Below, in pieces: positions 56,648 to 64,000 of a DNA stretch of 64,000 nt. The position numbers and the translations under genes were made by a program. Within the stretch, counting starts at the first letter, position 1. Each line of letters starts with the position of its first letter. The notes below the pieces were generated by a model, which had not been told where the DNA came from, did no database searches, and worked only from the letters and a program-made list of their open reading frames with translations. This stretch comes from Planctomycetota bacterium (GTDB taxonomy: Bacteria; Planctomycetota; SZUA-567; H5-PLA8), in contig JBBRPR010000014.1 in assembly GCA_038227875.1 (NCBI GenBank), positions 117,401 to 181,400 of the forward strand. Direction: 5' to 3'.

Positions 56648-57521
56648 CTACACCCAGCGCGTGCCCGCCGCCGGTGCGCTGCGCGGCGGAACGCGCCAGC
56701 CTGAAAAACCGCTGCTGAGCATCGTCACCGCTGTCCTCAACCGCAAAGAATCGCTGCAGCGCACGATCGACAGCGTCGCCGGGCAATCGTTCCGCAACGT
56801 GGAGCACGTGATTGTCGACGGGGGATCGACCGATGGCACGCTGGACGTGATCCGCGCTAACGAGAAACGCATCGCATTCTGGAGCAGCGAACCAGACAGC
56901 GGCATCTTCGACGCGATGAACCGGGGTGTGGCGGCGAGTCGGGGCCAGTACATTGCAATCTTGAATTCCGACGATTTCTACGCGCCGGAAGCGCTGGAGA
57001 GCGTCGCCGCGACCATCGCTGCCACGAACTGCGATGTGGCGTACGGCGACTACATGTTTAGGGTGCAGGATATCGGCATGGAGAAAGCGATCTCCGCCAG
57101 TACCGAGCTTCATCTCGGCATGACGATTGGCCACGCGATTTTCATTGCGCGGAGCGTGTACGAGCGGCTGGGATTGTATGACACCCGGTTTCGTTACTCC
57201 GCCGACCTGGATTTCGCGCTGCGCATGCTCCACAACGGGGTGAAGTTCGCGAAGGTGCTCGACGGCCGCGTGCTGCAGTACTTCAGCAGCGGCGGTGCGG
57301 CGGAGTTGCATCTGTGGAGCGCCACCCGCGAAGCCACTTCGATCGTCCGCGCCCATGCCGGGTTTTATCATGGCAGCGTTTACGGATTAAAAGGGCTGAA
57401 GCGCGTCTTTTTACGTGGCGCGCAGAACCTCAACCGCCGGATCTTCGGCGAGCCATCGTATTTGCGCGCGAAGGAACGGTACTATGCGGCGGCGGGATAT
57501 CGAAAGACGAATCGCTCGTGA
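56625..57521 (+). CDS. GT2 family glycosyltransferase
   Basis: IVDGGSTDGT, EPDSGIFDAMN, LNSDD, YSADLDF. Confidence 0.9.
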   Translation: MNSPTLTDYTQRVPAAGALRGGTRQPEKPLLSIVTAVLNRKESLQRTIDSVAGQSFRNVEHVIVDGGSTDGTLDVIRANEKRIAFWSSEPDSGIFDAMNRGVAASRGQYIAILNSDDFYAPEALESVAATIAATNCDVAYGDYMFRVQDIGMEKAISASTELHLGMTIGHAIFIARSVYERLGLYDTRFRYSADLDFALRMLHNGVKFAKVLDGRVLQYFSSGGAAELHLWSATREATSIVRAHAGFYHGSVYGLKGLKRVFLRGAQNLNRRIFGEPSYLRAKERYYAAAGYRKTNRS

Positions 57522-57553
57522 CGTCCGGCGCCCGTCTCAACGTCATGCTTCAT

Positions 57554-60334
57554 TTACTTGTCCAACTTTGCCTTTAGTGACTCGAGCTTTTCCCGGAGCT
57601 TTGGCAGTTCGGCCTTGTCCTTTTGAAAGGCGGGGTCCTTTTCGAGGATGTCGATACATTTTTTGATGTTGCCGCTCTTTTCCCAATTTTCGATTTCTTT
57701 AAACAGCCGGTTTTCGGTGTTGTTCAATTCTTCGGCGCGGGTGGCGGCGTCGATGCATTTCTGCCAGAGCACCTTGGCTTGTGCGGCGGTCTTGGTCTTG
57801 GAGAGCACCGGGTCGTTGATGATCTTCACTTCCAGCACCGACTTGGCCACGGTGTAGATCTTGTTGTCGAACATCGTCTGCGCTTTGGCCAGCAGCCGGC
57901 CGGCTTCTTCTTCGTTTTTGGCGGCGTCCCCTTCGTTGGTGACGGACTTGATGGTGGCGAGGTAGCCGTCGAGTTCGGGAAGATGCTCGCTGCCGGTCCA
58001 CGTGGCTTTGTGCCGGTCGACGCACTTCTTGGCTGCGTCGGCGGCATCGGTGTTCTTCATTTCTTTGAGCGTCTGGAGCATGCGTTCGATTTCTTCCTTC
58101 GACTCACGCCAGCCATCGTCGAGCTTGTGCTGGGCGTCGGCGACGTCTTCCTTGGCCTGCGGGAAGCGATCGCCGAACTTATCGCGCAGCGTCTTCATCT
58201 TCGCTTCAGCATCGCCCCACTGCTTGTTGGTGAGCGATTTTTTCAGCGCGTTGGAAGCGTCCTGCATGGCGTTCTTCTGGCCGGTGCTTTCCGGCGCGAA
58301 GGAGAAGGCCAGCTCGCTGGCGAACTTGATGGTGACCTGGCACCGGCTGCCCTGATGCTTGATGTCGACTTCGGCGCCGTTGGGCAGCGCCAGATCCAGC
58401 TGCGGTGTCTTGCCGAAGTTGAAGAGTACTTCGCGCACGCCGGTGAAATTCTTGTTTTCCGTCGAACCGATGCGTTCGGAATTGTCAGCTTTGCTGACTT
58501 CAATTTCTCCTGAAGCGATCTTGCCTACGAGTGAGAAGACGATCTGCGGCGAGCAGCCGCTGTCGGCTCCGGCATTGACCACGGCGCGCAAATCCACTCC
58601 GGCCGCGCCGGGACTGGCTTCCATCTTGTATTCACGCAGCTGCTGGAGCGCGAAGTCAGTAATGCCGCCGGCGAAGGAGACTTTGTCGCCGTCGCGCGTG
58701 GAGCTGGCGTTAAAGGCCGTGCTGACGTCGGAGTAGAGCGAGCCGTCGGCGTTGACCAGCATCAGCGTGCCGTCTTCGAGGACCAGATTGCCGTTGGCCA
58801 GGCCGGTGAAATTGCCTTTCGAACCTTCGAAGGCGATCGTCACGCCGCCGAATGAGACCGTGGGCGACGACGCGGGATTGTCCTTGCTGATTTTAAGGTC
58901 GAGCGAATCGAACGACGCTTTGCCTTCGGTGCCCTGGACAAAGACGCCGACGCAGGCCTTGGTGGACCAGGGCGGGGGAGTGAGCTTCGTGCGCTTATCG
59001 GCCCACGGTTGGGTGTTCTGCAATACGACGGGGTATTCGCTGAAGGTTCGTTCGCCGCCAATCCAACGGACGTACATACCGAAAAGACCGTCGCCTTCGT
59101 TCTTCATGGAGGCGCTGTAATCGTAGACTTTCGACGGATCGACGTTGAAGACTTCCCGAGTTTCAAGAATAGTTGCTTTCGACGGCGACCGCGCGCCTGC
59201 CTTGCCGATCTGAACGCCGTACTTGCCCTGACCGGCGGGCCACTGCGCGTCTGCGACGACTTCGACGCGAATGTTCGGCGCGGCTTTCTTGGGCGTGAAT
59301 TCGCGCGGGATTCCCTGCTCGTCGGGGCCGAGTTCAAAATCGCCATTGGGCACGCCGGTCTTGGTTGATACCGCGGTGTCCGTCGGAGGCGGCAGTGGAG
59401 GCGGTTTGACGGGCGGTTTCAAAATCGCAGCGAGCGCCAGTCCGCCGAGCAGCACGACAGCGGCAGCAACGATTACGAGCTTCTTGCTGCCCCCACCGCC
59501 ACTGCCTCCACCCATGGTCGCGGGCTTGCCGGGATTGGCGAGGACTTCTTCGAGCTTCTGCGGATCGAGCGCGACAGTGCCGAAGAGCGCTTCGTCTTCC
59601 ACGGGCTTGCCGAGATTATCGAATTCCAGCAGCGTCTTGCCGACGCGGATCTGCATACCCACGGAGAGCGGCGTTTTGATGATCTTTTCGAAATCGTTCT
59701 TGTTCTTCATCTTCACGCGCGTGCCGTTGGTCGAGCCCAGGTCGGTCAGCACGTAGCCGATGGGTTCGCGGCCGATCTCGGCGTGATAATTCGATGCCGC
59801 GTCGTCGATGATCTGGATCGTGTTGCTGTTGTGCCGGCCGATAGTCAGCGCGTCGACGCCCAGTTCGTAGACTTTGCCTGGAGTCTTGCCTTCGAGCATC
59901 TTCAGGACGTACTTCGGGGCGTCCTTGTCTTCTTCCTCCGCGACGGCCACGGGAACTTTGACGTCCTTGGGCTTTACGGCATCCATCTCGACGGTTTCGC
60001 CGCCGCTGAAATCTTCGGGCACTTCGGCCTTGGGCTGGGGCGCGGAGGCGTCTTCAAACGTGAAAGTGGTCTTGCCGACGCTGAGTTTATCGCCGGGTTT
60101 CAGCGCGATGGTGCCAGCGATCTTGGTGCCGTTGAGCTTGGTGCCGTTAGTTGAGCCTAGGTCGACGACAACGAAGACACCGTTCTGCTTTTCCACGCGG
60201 AAATGCTGCCGGCTGCCTTTTTCGTCGGTAATCTGGATGGTGTTGGACGAGGCGCGCCCGATCGATGTGACATCGTCGATCAGTTCGTGCAGCCGCTCTT
60301 TTCCGTTTTCGTCGCGGATCTTCAACTTCGCCAT
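57554..60334 (-). CDS. Tandem FHA - TM - CBM-like - helical domain protein
   Basis: Two FHA domains (IGR..N.IQI....S..H, DLGSTNGT); TM LVIVAAAVVLLGG; VPNGDFE CBM4/9-like start. Confidence 0.8.
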   Translation of the reverse strand: MAKLKIRDENGKERLHELIDDVTSIGRASSNTIQITDEKGSRQHFRVEKQNGVFVVVDLGSTNGTKLNGTKIAGTIALKPGDKLSVGKTTFTFEDASAPQPKAEVPEDFSGGETVEMDAVKPKDVKVPVAVAEEEDKDAPKYVLKMLEGKTPGKVYELGVDALTIGRHNSNTIQIIDDAASNYHAEIGREPIGYVLTDLGSTNGTRVKMKNKNDFEKIIKTPLSVGMQIRVGKTLLEFDNLGKPVEDEALFGTVALDPQKLEEVLANPGKPATMGGGSGGGGSKKLVIVAAAVVLLGGLALAAILKPPVKPPPLPPPTDTAVSTKTGVPNGDFELGPDEQGIPREFTPKKAAPNIRVEVVADAQWPAGQGKYGVQIGKAGARSPSKATILETREVFNVDPSKVYDYSASMKNEGDGLFGMYVRWIGGERTFSEYPVVLQNTQPWADKRTKLTPPPWSTKACVGVFVQGTEGKASFDSLDLKISKDNPASSPTVSFGGVTIAFEGSKGNFTGLANGNLVLEDGTLMLVNADGSLYSDVSTAFNASSTRDGDKVSFAGGITDFALQQLREYKMEASPGAAGVDLRAVVNAGADSGCSPQIVFSLVGKIASGEIEVSKADNSERIGSTENKNFTGVREVLFNFGKTPQLDLALPNGAEVDIKHQGSRCQVTIKFASELAFSFAPESTGQKNAMQDASNALKKSLTNKQWGDAEAKMKTLRDKFGDRFPQAKEDVADAQHKLDDGWRESKEEIERMLQTLKEMKNTDAADAAKKCVDRHKATWTGSEHLPELDGYLATIKSVTNEGDAAKNEEEAGRLLAKAQTMFDNKIYTVAKSVLEVKIINDPVLSKTKTAAQAKVLWQKCIDAATRAEELNNTENRLFKEIENWEKSGNIKKCIDILEKDPAFQKDKAELPKLREKLESLKAKLDK

Positions 60335-60644
60335 GCGTCGAGTACCCAGCCAGTCACCGTTGTTGGACGCGCCACGCCAGCGAGCGTTTCAAACACTATG
60401 CGCAAAGGACACATTATATGGACGGCGGCAGTGCACGTCTCGCATTTTTTGCGTCTCGAATGTAAAAACATGCTACTACCCAGCATGAAGGTGTTCCACA
60501 TCTTTCGAAATGTAGTCAGAAATCGCGATCTTCCTGTTTCGCTAAGGGCACGAGTGCAGAATCTCAACTTTTCAAGCGTGGCGGCTCTGCTATCTCTAAA
60601 TCTGTCCTCAAACCCTGCACATCAACTGTGGAGCCTCCATTTTC

Positions 60645-61745
60645 ATGAAACGAACGAAGATCGGCGTGATCGGTTGTGGCAACATCAGCGGCGTTTATCT
60701 CCAGTCCGGCCAGCGCTTCCATAATCTGGAAGTCGTCGCCTGCGCGGATCTGGACGTTGAGCGCGCAAAGGCCAAGGCCACGGAGTTCAACATCCCAAAG
60801 GCCTGCTCGGTCAAGGAACTCTTGGCGATTCCGGAAATCGAGATCGTGATCAATCTGACCATCCCACGGACGCACGCGGAAATCGCGATCCAGACGCTGG
60901 AGGCCGGCAAGCACACCTACGGCGAAAAGCCTCTGGCCGTCACGCGCGAGGAAGGCCAGAAAGTGCTGCAACTGGCGAAGGCCAAAAATCTGCGCGTCGG
61001 CTGCGCGCCGGACACGTTCCTCGGCGGCGGCATTCAGACCTGCCGCAAGCTGATCGACGACGGCTGGATCGGCGAACCGATCGGCGCGACGGCGTTCATG
61101 ACCTGCCACGGGCACGAGAGCTGGCATCCCGATCCGGATTTCTTCTATCAGCCCGGCGCCGGTCCCATGTTCGACATGGGACCGTACTACGTCACCGCGC
61201 TGGTGAACCTGATCGGACCGATCCGCCGCATCACCAGCTCGGCGCGGGCCACGTTTGCCGAACGGACAATTGTCAGCCAGCCGAAGTACGGCCAGAAGAT
61301 CAAAGTCAACACGCCGACGCACATCGCCGGGATCATGGATTTCGCCAACGGCGCGATCGGCACGATCCTGACGAGCTTCGATGTCTGGCACGCGGAGTTG
61401 CCGCGCATCGAAATCTACGGCACGGCGGGAAGTTTAAGCGTCCCCGATCCGAATTCGTTCGGCGGACCGGTGCGCGTACGCCGCGAAGGCGGTGCGGCCT
61501 GGTCGGAAGTGGCTCTGACGCACGGTTACTTCGAAAACAGCCGCGGCCTGGGCGTTGCGGACATGGCCAGCTCGATCGTCACGCACCGCCCGCACCGCGC
61601 CAGCGGCGAGCTGGCGCTGCATGTGCTCGACGCAATGCAGTCGTTCATCGAAGCGTCAGCGGCTCAGAAGCACTTGGAATTGGCAACGACCTGCGCGAAG
61701 CCCGCGCCGTTGCCACTGGGGTTGCGCGCGGGGGAGATCGACTAA
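60645..61745 (+). CDS. Gfo/Idh/MocA family oxidoreductase
   Basis: GVIGCGNIS, YGEKP, DMGPYY; paralog of 3307..4419. Confidence 0.9.
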   Translation: MKRTKIGVIGCGNISGVYLQSGQRFHNLEVVACADLDVERAKAKATEFNIPKACSVKELLAIPEIEIVINLTIPRTHAEIAIQTLEAGKHTYGEKPLAVTREEGQKVLQLAKAKNLRVGCAPDTFLGGGIQTCRKLIDDGWIGEPIGATAFMTCHGHESWHPDPDFFYQPGAGPMFDMGPYYVTALVNLIGPIRRITSSARATFAERTIVSQPKYGQKIKVNTPTHIAGIMDFANGAIGTILTSFDVWHAELPRIEIYGTAGSLSVPDPNSFGGPVRVRREGGAAWSEVALTHGYFENSRGLGVADMASSIVTHRPHRASGELALHVLDAMQSFIEASAAQKHLELATTCAKPAPLPLGLRAGEID

Positions 61746-61750
61746 CGGAA

Positions 61751-61787
61751 AGGACTGAGGACTGAGGGCCGAGGACTGAGGACTGAG
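61751..61787. repeat. Heptamer tandem repeat (AGGACTG, about five copies)
   Basis: aggactg aggactg agggccg aggactg aggactg ag. Confidence 0.75.
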
Positions 61788-61822
61788 GTTACGGTGCTTC
61801 GCTTCGCTCGTTAGGAAGGGAA

Positions 61823-61856
61823 ACAAAAACTCCCCGCGTAAGTGGGGAGTTTTTGT
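61823..61856. terminator. Bidirectional terminator
   Basis: ACAAAAACTCCCC-N8-GGGGAGTTTTTGT between convergent genes. Confidence 0.8.
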
Positions 61857-61878
61857 AGCTCAGTCATTCCGTTCTCCG

Positions 61879-62808
61879 TTAATGCATTTCCGCTTCGCAC
61901 GATCCGATACCGGGGCGGAAGAAGTTGAACTGGACGTTGGGGTGGTCGGCGAGCAGGGACATGGGCACGGCGGAGTCGGGGAGTTTCTTGGAGATCATCA
62001 GGGTCGTCAGGCGCATGCCGAAGGGATTGTCGTGCACGCCGGCGTGCCAGATCGAGACTTTCTCGGCCTTCCACGTTTCGAACGGACCCACGGACGCGGC
62101 CTGCGTTGGCACAATGCTCACGTTTCCGCCGCCGGAGGTGCGCGCGTTCTGGATCACGGTCATTGGGTGGAGATCGACGACGCGCGTCTTCAGCTTGCGG
62201 TATTCGGCCGGAGTCGGCGGGGCGTTGCGGTAGGCTCCGCTGCGCTTCACCGGATCGTTGAACGCCCAGTGCTTGACCTCGCCCTGGCCGCCCTGCATCA
62301 CCACGCAGCGGACGGAGTCGTAGGTTTTCGTGTAAGCGGCGAGATTGCCGGAGGGGAAATGCAGCTGCGCGTCGGGGATGCGCAGCGACTTCTCGATTTT
62401 GTTGAAGCACATTTCCTTGTCGGCCTTCGCGAAGGAGAGCGGATGGGTGGTCGAGACGGGTTTGCCGTTTTCGACCCATTCGTCCATGCCCCAGAAATGC
62501 GCGTGGCGGAGATTGAGCTTTAAACTGTTGACGATGCGCGCGACCAGCGGGAGCTGCTCCGTCGGCCCGATCGGCCCGCAGATCCCTGCCGGGTTGTCCG
62601 GCGTCGACTGCTGCCAGGCTTCGATGTATTCGAGCGCTTCGGCGAGGTAGAAGTCCTCGAGCGTTTCGTAGAAAACCACCTTGAATCCCGGCCGCGACAG
62701 CTTCAGCAGATCGGCCGCCTTTAGCTTCGCCGCGTCGTTCAGGATTTTGGAATCGAGCGTTGTGTAATCCCACCAGTCGGGGGAGATCTTGCTGAGTGCG
62801 CGGGGCAT
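61879..62808 (-). CDS. Glucosamine-6-phosphate deaminase/isomerase-like (NagB fold)
   Basis: [25 protein letters not shown] resemble NagB motifs MDEY, H..SY and GIG..GHIAFNE. Confidence 0.7.
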   Translation of the reverse strand: MPRALSKISPDWWDYTTLDSKILNDAAKLKAADLLKLSRPGFKVVFYETLEDFYLAEALEYIEAWQQSTPDNPAGICGPIGPTEQLPLVARIVNSLKLNLRHAHFWGMDEWVENGKPVSTTHPLSFAKADKEMCFNKIEKSLRIPDAQLHFPSGNLAAYTKTYDSVRCVVMQGGQGEVKHWAFNDPVKRSGAYRNAPPTPAEYRKLKTRVVDLHPMTVIQNARTSGGGNVSIVPTQAASVGPFETWKAEKVSIWHAGVHDNPFGMRLTTLMISKKLPDSAVPMSLLADHPNVQFNFFRPGIGSCEAEMH

Positions 62809-62849
62809 CGGAGACCTTTCTTAAATGATGAACGAGGAGAATTGAAGGA

Positions 62850-63665
62850 TTAGCCCAGCGACGTCTCGTACTCCGGATCGGTCCAGCACGCCGGGCCGAG
62901 CAGTTCCGACAGCGGATCGTAATCCGCCGGACCAAAGCCGAGATGCGAATGGCGGCGCCAGCCTTCAGCGTATTCAAACTTCCCCGAAAGCGTGCCGACC
63001 TGGCGGCTCATCGCTTCCATCTCTTTCAAATACGCATCCATGCCCTGGCTGACATCGAGCCATTCTTTTTGCGACGTGTGCTGCGCGAGCATCTCTCGCT
63101 TTTTGGCGAGCACCGGCTTGATGTCGACGTATTGCCCCGAGCGCACAAGCCGCCGCAGACCGTCGCGCAAGCCGTGAGGCAGCGCGTGGTAGAGCGCGGT
63201 GTTGCCGTCCCACGGTGGTAGCGGCGGGTTGGTCGGGAAGTTTTTCATGCCTTTCGAAAACGCGCCCGTTACCAGCAGCCGGCAGGTGTTCTGGTGGTCT
63301 TCCATGTAATCCTGCGGCGAATGCGTCAGGACGATGTTCGGTTTCACGGCGCGAATCACCGACGCGACGCGCGCCAGCAATCCCGGCTCATAAAAGATGG
63401 AGAGATCGTCGGCGAGAGCCGGATGCATGGTGGCACCGGCGACGCGCGCCGCGGCTTCCGCTTCCGCCGCGCGAAGAGTGACGATTTCGGTGCGATCGTG
63501 TGATGCGGTGCCGCAGGAACCGTTGGCCAGATTCCACATATGAATGGTTGCGCCGGCGGCCTTCAGGCGCAGCAGCGTGCCGGCCATCATGAATTCGATG
63601 TCGTCGGGATGCGCGACCGCCGCGAGAACCGTAATGGATTTCGAGACTTTCGCAGCCTTCGCCAT
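62850..63665 (-). CDS. PIG-L/LmbE family N-deacetylase
   Basis: AHPDDIE, R..EA..AA, THSP.DYMEDH, H.SQ. Confidence 0.88.
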   Translation of the reverse strand: MAKAAKVSKSITVLAAVAHPDDIEFMMAGTLLRLKAAGATIHMWNLANGSCGTASHDRTEIVTLRAAEAEAAARVAGATMHPALADDLSIFYEPGLLARVASVIRAVKPNIVLTHSPQDYMEDHQNTCRLLVTGAFSKGMKNFPTNPPLPPWDGNTALYHALPHGLRDGLRRLVRSGQYVDIKPVLAKKREMLAQHTSQKEWLDVSQGMDAYLKEMEAMSRQVGTLSGKFEYAEGWRRHSHLGFGPADYDPLSELLGPACWTDPEYETSLG

Positions 63666-63881
63666 GCTTGGAACTCTCCCCTATGTGCGGTGAATCCACG
63701 GATTCTACTCCGCGCCCTTCACTGTCAACGACATCGACCACTCCGCACATCTTTCAAAAAAATACGCCGGATCGCGGAAGCTGGCGTGTAACTCTTTTAG
63801 TTCTGGTAGCTCAGTCGGGACAAAATTATGGCGAAGAATGGCGCCGCGTGCGGAATTTATTGTGTGCAAGATCGGGTAAAC

Positions 63882-63910
63882 TTGACTGATCGAACCGAAG
63901 CGGATAGTTT
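63882..63910 (+). promoter_or_regulatory. sigma70 promoter of the tRNA
   Basis: TTGACT-N17-TAGTTT, 12 nt before the tRNA. Confidence 0.6.
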
Positions 63911-63922
63911 AAGGGAACTTCA

Positions 63923-63996
63923 GGGCGCTTAGCTCAGCTGGTTAGAGCGCGTGGATCACACCCACGAGGTCAGGGGTTCGAGTCCCTTAGCGCCCA
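63923..63996 (+). tRNA. tRNA-Val (anticodon CAC)
   Basis: Acceptor GGGCGCT/AGCGCCC, D-arm GCTC/GAGC, anticodon stem CGTGG/CCACG with loop ATCACAC, T-loop TTCGAGT; CCA not encoded. Confidence 0.93.
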
Positions 63997-64000
63997 TTAT

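Noticed and set aside
63923..64000. tRNA-anchored genomic island
   Set aside because: No integrase and no duplicated tRNA 3' end found in the window; downstream sequence is not visible

Overview
A GC-rich bacterial chromosome segment, most likely from Planctomycetota or a related PVC lineage. That is an inference from the DUF1570 and YdjY proteins, a membrane-tethered ECF sigma factor, FHA and Ser/Thr kinase signalling, and many Gfo/Idh/MocA genes. It holds about 45 CDS. These include sugar-catabolic clusters, a hybrid histidine kinase paired with a receiver-Ser/Thr kinase fusion, an AT-richer accessory island (about 13-17.3 kb) flanked by REP-like repeats, and B12-binding subunit/hbd/crt genes. 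Further along are a KimA-like K+ transporter behind an expanded c-di-AMP riboswitch, xseB-ispA-dxs, an IclR-led catabolic operon, a nitrite/sulfite reductase, and tRNA-Val(CAC). The best candidate for an undescribed system is at 44.7-50.4 kb. There an ECF sigma factor is translationally coupled to a 1689-aa protein that fuses an anti-sigma-like N-terminus to a thioester-bearing alpha-2-macroglobulin. Its bait region is replaced by a block of about six transmembrane helices, and a zincin-like peptidase and a CPBP intramembrane protease are encoded nearby. All family calls come from motif recognition by eye; no database searches were run.
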